In this document: positions 1 to 7,623 of the stretch, one piece after another
Layout: each line of letters opens with the position of its first letter
Numbering within the stretch: the first letter of the stretch is position 1
Assembly: GCA_902496295.1 (NCBI GenBank)
Contig: CABVAF010000001.1
Span: 196,568 to 260,567, forward strand
DNA length: 64,000 nt
From: an uncultured Clostridium sp.
GTDB lineage: Bacteria > Bacillota > Clostridia > TANB77 > CAG-508
Direction of reading: 5' to 3'
Notes under the pieces: generated by a model
What the model saw: only the letters and a program-made list of their open reading frames with translations
Database searches by the model: none
Told to the model about the DNA's origin: nothing
Translations under genes and position numbers: made by a program

Positions 1-624
1 TATGTTATTTAAAAAATCTGTATTTAAAAATAATATTCGTTCTTTATAACCTTTTCCTGTTATGCGTATAGTTTTATTTTCGAAATTTACATCATCTACA
101 TTTATATTTCTTAATTCAGATAACCTCATTCCTGTGTTAAGAAATAGCGTTATAATTAAGTTGTCTCTGGTTGGAAAATGTGAATTATATTTATTAAATA
201 TATTCTTTATTTTTTTGGCATTTTCTAAATTCAAGTATTTTGCTGCGGTTAAATTTTGTTGTATACTCGGTAAGTATGAAGTTGGATTTTCAATTTTGTT
301 TTCGACAAATGTATTACATATATATTTAAAGAAGCTCCTTAAAGAATCTATTTTACTTTTTCGTGTTTTTGGAGAACTATCTTTGAAATAATTTAAGTAA
401 ACCAGATATGCCATTATATCACTTTCTTTTACATTACTTAATATAGATATTGTAATTCCTCTAATTGAATTTGTCATGTTCCAATATTCTAGTAAGAATT
501 TTAAAAATTGTAATATGTTATAATTATAATTTTTTATAGTTTGCGAAGAATAGTTCTTCACTGCATGTAAGTATGTTATATATTTGTTTAATATTTCAGG
601 GTTTTCTTTAGTGATATCTTTCAT
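1..624 (-). CDS. Tyrosine recombinase/integrase, first 208 codons only (3' end lies left of the window)
   Basis: Absent from the ORF track because there is no stop in the window. Hand check of the minus frame from ATG 622-624 shows it is open to base 1. Product MKDITKENPEILNKYITYLHAVKNYSSQTIKNYNYN...RDNLIITLFLNTGMRLSELRNINVDDVNFENKTIRITGKGYKERILFLN. GGAGGAG lies about 9 nt upstream. Paralogous to 1402..2400. Confidence 0.75.
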   Translation of the reverse strand, partial: MKDITKENPEILNKYITYLHAVKNYSSQTIKNYNYNILQFLKFLLEYWNMTNSIRGITISILSNVKESDIMAYLVYLNYFKDSSPKTRKSKIDSLRSFFKYICNTFVENKIENPTSYLPSIQQNLTAAKYLNLENAKKIKNIFNKYNSHFPTRDNLIITLFLNTGMRLSELRNINVDDVNFENKTIRITGKGYKERILFLNTDFLNNI

Positions 625-657
625 ATTAAAATACTCCTCCAACTAACATAATACAAT

Positions 658-681
658 GCGTTCTAAAAAGCGTTCTAAAAA
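658..681. repeat. Perfect tandem duplication GCGTTCTAAAAA x2 in a divergent intergenic region
   Basis: 658-669 and 670-681 are identical 12-mers, between the recombinase start (624) and the small ORF (759). Confidence 0.6.
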
Positions 682-758
682 AGTCAAATCCTTTTTATAA
701 TTTTTTTGTGAATAGTCAAGTTATATGCCATCATATAATTTATATAGGAGGATATAGT

Positions 759-911
759 ATGAATTCTTGTGAACTTGTTACATTTATTTCTACATTAGCA
801 TGTATTATTTCTAAAGATATGTCTAAAAAAGAAATAGATTTCTTATCAGTAGTTTTTACTCAATTAGGTGATACATTAGCAACTATTTCTTTAAATAAAT
901 GTGATAATTAA
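759..911 (+). CDS. Small 50-aa hypothetical protein (LGDTLATI motif)
   Basis: The track ORF is 708..911, but GGAGGA precedes the internal ATG at 759. Product MNSCELVTFISTLACIISKDMSKKEIDFLSVVFTQLGDTLATISLNKCDN. It resembles small clostridial proteins of unknown function; this is from memory and unverified. Confidence 0.45.
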   Translation: MNSCELVTFISTLACIISKDMSKKEIDFLSVVFTQLGDTLATISLNKCDN

Positions 912-919
912 AATAATAA

Positions 920-1180
920 TTATTTATTTTTAATTACTTTATATTCCATTAATGCTTTTGATATTTGATCTGGGCAAGAAGTACCTTTATATCCACAAAT
1001 AATACCAGATAATTTTTTTATTACCTCATCTATATTCATTCCTTTAACTAATTGGCTTATGCCTTTTAAGTTACCATTACAACCACCAATTACTTTTAAA
1101 TCTTGTATAATATTATTTTCATCAATATTAAAAATCATTTCTGAAGAACATACCCCATTTGGTTTATATCTATATTCCAT
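920..1180 (-). CDS. TSCPD-domain protein (TIGR03905-like, unknown function)
   Basis: 86 aa with a GGCNGNLKG...YKGTSCPDQ motif typical of the small TSCPD family. RBS AGGAGGAAAAT sits before the ATG. Confidence 0.75.
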   Translation of the reverse strand: MEYRYKPNGVCSSEMIFNIDENNIIQDLKVIGGCNGNLKGISQLVKGMNIDEVIKKLSGIICGYKGTSCPDQISKALMEYKVIKNK

Positions 1181-1401
1181 ATTTTCCTCCTAATCTAAAT
1201 TAAAAATATTTTTTTATAAATCATGCCTTTTTTACTCAAGTTAATTTAAAAGTTAATTTAATCATACTATGTACAATTATAGCATGAAAAGCTAAATGTT
1301 TCAAATTTCTCACTTACACCCAATTATACTAAAATAAAACTAAAAAACTATTTAACAATTTACAAAATAATGATATATTATTGTTGAAAGGAGATAATTA
1401 A

Positions 1402-2400
1402 ATGATAGATCAAAATGAAAATCCTCCATTTTTAAATGAATTTTTAGAATACCTAACCGGTATATTAAATAAATCACCTAATACAGTAAAAGAGTATAAC
1501 TATGATTTATCCCACTTTTTTAAATTTATAATGCACCATTTTAATTTAGATAATAATGATAATATAAAAGAGATTAATATTAGTAATATGGATTTTTCAA
1601 TTATAAAGAGAATAACACTAAAAGATATACATTCATTTCTTTACTATCTTGCTGATAATTTTCACAGTAAGCCTACAACAAGAGCTAGAAAAGCCGCTAG
1701 TATTAGAGTATTTTTTAATTATCTAACACAAAAAGCAAAACTTTTAGAAGTAAATCCAGCCCAAGGATTAGAAACTCCTAAAATAGGAAAAAGACTTCCT
1801 AAATATTTAACATTAGAGCAAAGTAAAAAGTTGTTAAAAACAGCAAATGACGCTTCAGATGAATATAAAGAAAGGGATTATGCCATACTTACATTATTTT
1901 TAAACTGTGGTATGCGTCTATCCGAATTAGTTGGAATAAATATAAAAGATATAAACTTTTCAGATAAGAAGTTAACTGTTATAGGAAAAGGTGATAAAGA
2001 AAGAACAATATACTTAAATCCTGCTTGTATAACTGCTATAAATGAATATCTTAAAGTAAGACCACATGATGGAGTAAAATATGATTCAAGAGACGCTTTA
2101 TTCCTAAGCAAACGAAAAGAACGTATTAGTAATAGAATGGTTCAAGAAATTGTAAAACGTGAACTTGCCAAGGCGGGGTTAGATATGAATAAATACTCTG
2201 TTCATAAGTTAAGACATACAGCTGCCACATTAATGTATCAAAATGGCGTAGATATTAGAGCATTGCAAGTTTTGCTTGGTCATGAAAGCATTTCCACAAC
2301 GGAGATTTATACTCATGTAGACAATTATCAAATTAAAGATGCTGTAGCTCAAAATCCTTTAGGAAATGAGACAATGACTGAAACTAATACTAAACTATAA
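1402..2400 (+). CDS. Tyrosine recombinase, XerC/XerD family
   Basis: 332 aa. N-terminal SAM-like domain (SPNTVKEYNYDLSHFFKF). Catalytic signatures ARKAASIRVFF, GMRLSEL, HKLRHTAATLMYQNGVDIRALQVLLGHESISTTEIYTHV. RBS AAGGAG. Confidence 0.9.
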   Translation: MIDQNENPPFLNEFLEYLTGILNKSPNTVKEYNYDLSHFFKFIMHHFNLDNNDNIKEINISNMDFSIIKRITLKDIHSFLYYLADNFHSKPTTRARKAASIRVFFNYLTQKAKLLEVNPAQGLETPKIGKRLPKYLTLEQSKKLLKTANDASDEYKERDYAILTLFLNCGMRLSELVGINIKDINFSDKKLTVIGKGDKERTIYLNPACITAINEYLKVRPHDGVKYDSRDALFLSKRKERISNRMVQEIVKRELAKAGLDMNKYSVHKLRHTAATLMYQNGVDIRALQVLLGHESISTTEIYTHVDNYQIKDAVAQNPLGNETMTETNTKL

Positions 2401-2468
2401 ATTGTAGAATTAAAACTTAAAGCTTAGAACTCAAAATAAAAAAAGAAGTCTGTAAAGAAAAATTAAAT

Positions 2469-2517
2469 ACACCTCAAATGTTAGGCAAAATATCCAACAT
2501 TTTTAGGTGTATTTTTT
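2469..2517. terminator. Bidirectional intrinsic terminator between convergent xer-like and MFS genes
   Basis: Arms ACACCTCAAATGTT (2469-2482) and AACATTTTTAGGTGT (2496-2510), followed by TTTTTT. An A/T run lies on the other side. Confidence 0.65.
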
Positions 2518-2545
2518 ATGAGTAAATAATCAAATTTATTATATA

Positions 2546-3850
2546 TTATTCTAATTCAATATCATCTTCACTATATTCCTTTGGTTTTAAACCAACTCTA
2601 GTTTTCATATAGTCTAGTGCTAAAGTAAAAAATAATAAGAATGCTAACCCTATAAACAATGTAGCAAAAGCTATAGGTACTCCATCTATTAATACTCCCG
2701 CCAAAAATACTAATACAGTTTCTATAATATTTGTAGTAAACTCTGCAGCAAATGAAATTCTTGCTCTTGTTTTTGGTGTTGAAAAATTTTTTGAATACCT
2801 TTCAGATAATATAAAATAATTTGACATTGTCATATTTCTTACTGAAAGTAATACCAATATTATTGGCAATATATATGATGTATTTCCAAATAGCAAAATA
2901 CCTATTAAAACTACACTTAAAACAAAACTCATAGACAAAAATGAAAATGTTCTATTTCTAAATCTTTTGTGTATTTTATCTTGAAATGTTGAAGATATGC
3001 CAGATATAAATGTCAAAACTGCATTTATAATAGAAAACATTTCTGGACTTATTTGTAGCTCTACTAATATATTTCCTTTATATGTACTCATTATATTTAT
3101 TAAGGCATTAAACAATCCCATAAATATAAGTAGTGCCCTTAGTCTCTTTGATTTTATAATATTTTTTATAGATATTTTAAAATCGGTTTTATATTCTTTT
3201 ATTTTTTTAGATATTTCATTATGCTCCATTTTGTTTACATATATATCCTTAAAGTTGATTGCAATAATAGTAGAAATTATTGTAGCAATTAAACAAAATA
3301 TCATTGGTAAATACTCATTAATAACAAATAAATATCCCGCAGTCAAAGATGCAATTCCATCAACCATATAGTAACCTGTAGCACCTTTTCCATTAATTTT
3401 AGGATATAATCCTTCTCCACCTTTGGTAGCTGTTGAATCATATAATATATTAGTTTCTTGTAAACCTTTTAAACTATATCCAAAAGCATATACTATATTT
3501 GCTACAAAAATACCCCAAAATCCTGGTAAAACGATAAGTAATAATATGTATACTGACATAATTAAATTACCTAAAATAAGGCTTTTCTTTCTACCTAAAA
3601 AATCTGCACATATTGCAGCAGGCAATTGCATTATAATTATAAATAGCGGATAAAATGCATCTACTTTTAAAATTTCACCTGCTGTTAATCCTTTAGTCAT
3701 AGTATAAAATAAATATTGCGTAGAATAGAAAAACAACAGGTCCCAAGAAAACATTTTATATACTGGAAATATTTTAGCGTTGCGTTTCTTAGCAGCTATT
3801 TCTTCCTTTTTTAATTCGTATTTTGGTATAGTTTTCATTTGTTTCTCCAT
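2546..3850 (-). CDS. MFS-type transporter
   Basis: 434 aa with about 12 hydrophobic segments and the loop motif DFLGRKK typical of MFS loop 2-3. Confidence 0.75.
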   Translation of the reverse strand: MEKQMKTIPKYELKKEEIAAKKRNAKIFPVYKMFSWDLLFFYSTQYLFYTMTKGLTAGEILKVDAFYPLFIIIMQLPAAICADFLGRKKSLILGNLIMSVYILLLIVLPGFWGIFVANIVYAFGYSLKGLQETNILYDSTATKGGEGLYPKINGKGATGYYMVDGIASLTAGYLFVINEYLPMIFCLIATIISTIIAINFKDIYVNKMEHNEISKKIKEYKTDFKISIKNIIKSKRLRALLIFMGLFNALINIMSTYKGNILVELQISPEMFSIINAVLTFISGISSTFQDKIHKRFRNRTFSFLSMSFVLSVVLIGILLFGNTSYILPIILVLLSVRNMTMSNYFILSERYSKNFSTPKTRARISFAAEFTTNIIETVLVFLAGVLIDGVPIAFATLFIGLAFLLFFTLALDYMKTRVGLKPKEYSEDDIELE

Positions 3851-3942
3851 TTATCTTTTAATTAACTAAATTATATAGTTTCAAAATTGCTTTGTCAATT
3901 AACATATATAAAAAACAGCATATGACAAATAAAATTAATTTT

Positions 3943-4521
3943 TTATATTAATATTGGTTGGATTTGTCTATTTTCCAAAGCCTCCTCCAAAGTTGGAATA
4001 GTATATTTAGCATCAAATACAAGTGATCTTGGTTTGGTAATAGGATTATCTTGCCTAAATGGTACAAAATAATAGTGTTTTCTATTTAAAAGTTTACCTA
4101 TATTCTCAGCACTACCTGATAAACCGTCATTAGTAGATATTGCAATAACTACTGGTTTTTCATTTCTTAAGTGAGATTTTGTAGCCATTGTAGCAGGAGT
4201 GTTTATTATAGAATTTGCAAGTTTAGCAATGGTATTTCCTGAACATGGTTCTATAAGTATAATATCAGTAAGACCTTTAGGACCAATTGGTTCAGCTCCT
4301 TGAATTGTATTTATAATCTTATTTCCTGTAATCTCCTCAATTTCATCTATAAAGTCTTTGGCCTTACCAAATTTGCTATCTAATTTATATGCATTATATG
4401 ACATTATTGGAATAATATTTGCACCTTCCTTTTTTATACTTTTAAGTTGTTCTATTGTTGTTTTAAACATACAAAATGATCCCGTAAAAATAAATCCAAC
4501 ATTTTTGTCTTTTAATTTCAA
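3943..4521 (-). CDS. dpaB: Dipicolinate synthase subunit B-like flavoprotein
   Basis: 192 aa, colinear by eye with B. subtilis SpoVFB (GFxxTGSxC, AEPxGPK, GNxxxKLAN, PVVxxISTND, FVPFxQD, QPIL). No dpaA is adjacent. Confidence 0.8.
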   Translation of the reverse strand: MKLKDKNVGFIFTGSFCMFKTTIEQLKSIKKEGANIIPIMSYNAYKLDSKFGKAKDFIDEIEEITGNKIINTIQGAEPIGPKGLTDIILIEPCSGNTIAKLANSIINTPATMATKSHLRNEKPVVIAISTNDGLSGSAENIGKLLNRKHYYFVPFRQDNPITKPRSLVFDAKYTIPTLEEALENRQIQPILI

Positions 4522-4597
4522 AACATAATTCCCCCTTACATATAATAAATTATATATTATTATATGTAATATTTTGTAGAATTGTGTTGTAAATGCT

Positions 4598-4649
4598 ATA
4601 AAACGTCAGCAACCGGCAGTTGCTGACATTCGTCAAATAACTGCCGGTT
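4598..4649 (-). terminator. GC-rich intrinsic terminator overlapping an alternative 11-bp hairpin
   Basis: H1: GTCAGCAAC (4605-4613) pairs with GTTGCTGAC (4619-4627), followed by a U-run on the minus strand. H2: AACCGGCAGTT (4611-4621) pairs with AACTGCCGGTT (4639-4649). The two share bases, so they are mutually exclusive. Confidence 0.7.
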
Positions 4650-4655
4650 TACTGA

Positions 4656-5216
4656 TTAAAAGGTTGTTAACATATTTACCATTGTTGTGACAATTTGGAG
4701 TTTTACATTATCGTCACAGTGTTTGGTGTTTGGCCATTTGTCCACCGCATCAAAAAGTTTTGCGATGATGAGAAGCTTTTTTGCTGCTGGAGCCAAACTC
4801 TTGTCGAATCCAGAAGCCTCGAGATACCTCTCGTAATTCTCTTCAGTGACCGGAAAAACTCGTCCAAACATTACTTCCCTGAGTCCATATGGCGTGTACA
4901 TCGCATGAGCTGCAACCTTTTCGCACCCCACTTCTTGAAGAGCCAGCTGAATGTCGAAAATGATGGAATTTTGATACCTGATAGGCCACATTCCTTCCAA
5001 CATAAACAGCGACGAAGGAAGAAGGCTTTCGTATTCTTCCCTTATCTGCTCCCATGGAATTTCATTCTTTACAACGCGTGCAAAGTGAAAAAACTTTTCC
5101 TTGTCGGAAATCAGCTCCTCAACTACGGAGTTGAGCATGGAATTCCGCAGTTCCTCTTGGGTAGGGTTTGCTGTGACGTTGCCCTTGCCAATTGCTTCCT
5201 GGTTGTTGTTACTCAT
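4656..5216 (-). CDS. Orphan hypothetical protein, 186 aa, foreign composition
   Basis: The track ORF 4656..5252 starts at TTG. ATG at 5216 (MSNNNQEAIGKGN...) has AAAGG about 10 nt upstream. G/C-ending codons, acidic, no TM, no motif I recognise. Confidence 0.6.
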   Translation of the reverse strand: MSNNNQEAIGKGNVTANPTQEELRNSMLNSVVEELISDKEKFFHFARVVKNEIPWEQIREEYESLLPSSLFMLEGMWPIRYQNSIIFDIQLALQEVGCEKVAAHAMYTPYGLREVMFGRVFPVTEENYERYLEASGFDKSLAPAAKKLLIIAKLFDAVDKWPNTKHCDDNVKLQIVTTMVNMLTTF

Positions 5217-5269
5217 ATATCTCAAACCTTTCATTAAAATATAACAATGCAAATGCTTGCATCTATATA

Positions 5270-5278
5270 ATTATACCA
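5270..5278 (-). promoter_or_regulatory. Candidate extended -10 (TGGTATAAT) upstream of the orphan ORF
   Basis: The minus strand reads TGGTATAAT 54 nt upstream of ATG 5216. There is no good -35. Confidence 0.3.
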
Positions 5279-5350
5279 TATTTTAATAAATTTTTCCAGT
5301 AGTGTCATTCTTCCTCTATATATGAATATTTTGCACACATTAATTTGTTA

Positions 5351-6091
5351 CTATCTGTTATTACTTATATTAATTATATCTTTAACTACTTCACTTGCAA
5401 TAATTAAACCTGCGACAGAAGGAACAAAAGAAATACTACCAGGAATATGTTTACTTCTTGTATTATCTATATTTTCTATAGTATTCATATTCGTATTCTT
5501 CTCATTTTTATTTATTTTTAATGGCTCTTCTTTCGAATAAACCACCTTTAATTTTTTTATATTTCTTTTCTTTAATTCTTTCCTCATCACTTTTGCAAGT
5601 GGACATACGCTTGTTTTATATATATCTGATACCTCGAATTTAGTAGGATCTAATTTATTTCCTGTTCCCATACTCGAAATTATTGGAATACTTAGTCTAT
5701 CCGCTTCTTCCACCAAAGCTATTTTGGCAGAAACAGTATCTATTGCATCTACAATATACGAAACATCTTTTGTAAGTTCTATCTTATTGTCTGGCATGTA
5801 AAATTGTTTATATGTAACAACATTAGCATCTGGATTTATTTCTAGTATTCGTCCTTTAGAAATTTCAACTTTATCTCTTCCAACAGTCTTGGTAGTAGCA
5901 ATTATTTGTCTATTTATATTTGTTATATCTACTTTATCTTTGTCTACTAAGATAAAATTGCCGATACCTGCTCTTGCTAATGCTTCTACTACATAAGAGC
6001 CAACTCCTCCAATCCCAAAAATTGCTACTTTAGCTTTTTTAAGTTTTTCTATATTTTCTCTTCCAATTAGTAATTCTGTTCTTGAGAACAT
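5351..6091 (-). CDS. tcdA: tRNA threonylcarbamoyladenosine dehydratase (ThiF/E1-like)
   Basis: 246 aa. Rossmann motif IFGIGGVGSY, DKDKVDITNINRQ. Overlaps the mnmA 3' end by 25 nt. Confidence 0.8.
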   Translation of the reverse strand: MFSRTELLIGRENIEKLKKAKVAIFGIGGVGSYVVEALARAGIGNFILVDKDKVDITNINRQIIATTKTVGRDKVEISKGRILEINPDANVVTYKQFYMPDNKIELTKDVSYIVDAIDTVSAKIALVEEADRLSIPIISSMGTGNKLDPTKFEVSDIYKTSVCPLAKVMRKELKKRNIKKLKVVYSKEEPLKINKNEKNTNMNTIENIDNTRSKHIPGSISFVPSVAGLIIASEVVKDIINISNNR

Positions 6092-7128
6092 ATTATTTTT
6101 CCTCCACCTAATAAAGTATCTCCTATATAAAATACAGCTGACTGACCCGGTGTTATTGCTCTTTGAGGTTCTTTAAATGTAACTTTTATATTATTATCAT
6201 CTTGAATTATTGTAGCTTTTGCAGACTTGCTTGAATAACGCACCTTTACATCTACTTCAATCGCCTTGTCAATTTTATCTACTAATAATAAATTAATGTT
6301 ACTTACAGCTATCTCTCTTTTGTATAGTTCTTTTTCTTCGCCTACTATTACTTCATTTTTCTTTTCGTTAAATCCTAGTACAAATAATGGAACTTTATAA
6401 GCTATGCCAAGTCCTTTTCTTTGACCAATAGTATAGTTGTATAATCCATTATGTTTTCCTAAAACTTCTCCATTAGTTTTTACTATATTACCTCTTTTTG
6501 GTTCTATATTAGAATTTTGTTCTAAGAAAAATTTATAATTCCCATCAGGAATAAAGCAAATGTCTTCACTATCCGGTTTATTTGCAACTTCTAGTCCAGC
6601 TTCTTTAGCAATTTTTCTTATTTCATCTTTATTTTCAAAATCTGCTAAAGGAAAGATAGTATGCTCTATAACTTCTTTTTCTATATTCCAAAGTACATAT
6701 GTTTGGTCTTTGCTTCCAGCATTAGATTTTTTTATTACCCATCTACCATATTCCTCGCTATATTCGCTTTTTGCATAATGACCTGTTGCAATATAATTAC
6801 ATCCTAACTCTTTTGCTTTTTCATACATATAACCAAACTTAATATATCTATTACACTCAATACAAGGATTAGGAGTTTTACAATTAGAATAGCAATTTAT
6901 AAAATCGTCAATTACATACTTTTTAAATATTTCTCTGCAGCTAAAAGTATAATGAGGTATATTTAACTCCTCACACACTTTTTTTGCATCTAAAGAAACA
7001 TTAGAACTATCATTAAACATCTCTAATGTTACTCCTACTACATCATATTCTTGTTTTTTTAAAAGTAAAGCAGAAACACTACTATCTACTCCACCACTCA
7101 TTCCTAATAATACTCTTCTATTTTCCAT
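6067..7128 (-). CDS. mnmA: tRNA-specific 2-thiouridylase
   Basis: 353 aa. PP-loop GMSGGVDSS, ATGHYA, and a C-terminal beta-barrel region ending GQSAVFY...LGGG. Confidence 0.92.
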   Translation of the reverse strand: MENRRVLLGMSGGVDSSVSALLLKKQEYDVVGVTLEMFNDSSNVSLDAKKVCEELNIPHYTFSCREIFKKYVIDDFINCYSNCKTPNPCIECNRYIKFGYMYEKAKELGCNYIATGHYAKSEYSEEYGRWVIKKSNAGSKDQTYVLWNIEKEVIEHTIFPLADFENKDEIRKIAKEAGLEVANKPDSEDICFIPDGNYKFFLEQNSNIEPKRGNIVKTNGEVLGKHNGLYNYTIGQRKGLGIAYKVPLFVLGFNEKKNEVIVGEEKELYKREIAVSNINLLLVDKIDKAIEVDVKVRYSSKSAKATIIQDDNNIKVTFKEPQRAITPGQSAVFYIGDTLLGGGKIICSQEQNY

Positions 7129-7154
7129 ATTTTATTCCTATTAATCAATCTTTT

Positions 7155-7616
7155 TTATCTTTTATTTAAAATATCTTCTATAGTGTGCCATGCTAAAAGC
7201 GCACACTTAACCCTAGCTGGCATATGTGATACATTTCTAAAAGCTATAGCATCTTCTAATTTTTTAAGCTCATTTTCGTCTGTAATTTCTCTTTTTATCA
7301 TGCCTATAAAAGTAGAAATAATTTCTTTTGCTTCTTCTATAGTTTTACCTTTTAAAGTATCTATCATTATAGAAGTAGAAGCTTGTGAAATTGCACATCC
7401 ATGTCCTGTAAATGAAATATCTTCTATTATATTTCCATCTAATTTTAATTCTAGTGTAATCTCATCTCCACAGTTTGGATTATGACCAATTTCACAGAAA
7501 TCTGGATTTTCTAAATGTTTTTTATTATAAGAATTCATACTATGTTCCATTATTAATTCATTATAAACATTGCTTAAATCGTCCATTTTAGTTCTGTATG
7601 GAATTAATCCATACAC
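7155..7616 (-). CDS. sufU: SUF Fe-S cluster scaffold/sulfur acceptor SufU (NifU/IscU-like)
   Basis: Motifs NPNCGDEITL, GHGCAISQAS, RVKCALLAW. The track start is GTG at 7616; the alternative ATG at 7586 (MDDLSN) cannot be excluded. Confidence 0.88.
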   Translation of the reverse strand: MYGLIPYRTKMDDLSNVYNELIMEHSMNSYNKKHLENPDFCEIGHNPNCGDEITLELKLDGNIIEDISFTGHGCAISQASTSIMIDTLKGKTIEEAKEIISTFIGMIKREITDENELKKLEDAIAFRNVSHMPARVKCALLAWHTIEDILNKR

Positions 7617-7623
7617 TCCTTTC

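Noticed and set aside
62-391. Plus-strand 109-aa ORF at the left edge
   Set aside because: Low-complexity, F/L/I/K-rich, and fully antisense to the well-supported recombinase frame (1..624, minus). It is a shadow ORF.
658-681. Possible CRISPR or other repeat array
   Set aside because: There are only two abutting 12-mers with no spacers. I noticed no repeat-spacer periodicity anywhere in the window.
708-758. N-terminal extension of the small ORF (track start 708)
   Set aside because: The GGAGGA RBS lies inside the extension, directly before ATG 759. The extension is unlikely to be translated.
4605-4649. Integron attC-like site after the orphan cassette-like ORF
   Set aside because: The hairpin arms do not fit the RYYYAAC / GTTRRRY core-site pattern, there is no adjacent intI-type arrangement, and island B has a differently built hairpin.
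4695-5237. 180-aa plus-strand ORF and 70-aa minus-strand ORF (4843..5055) inside island A
   Set aside because: They are products of the local GC rise. The sequences look non-protein-like (Cys/Arg/Phe-rich, no RBS). The minus-strand 186-aa frame has the RBS, promoter and terminator.
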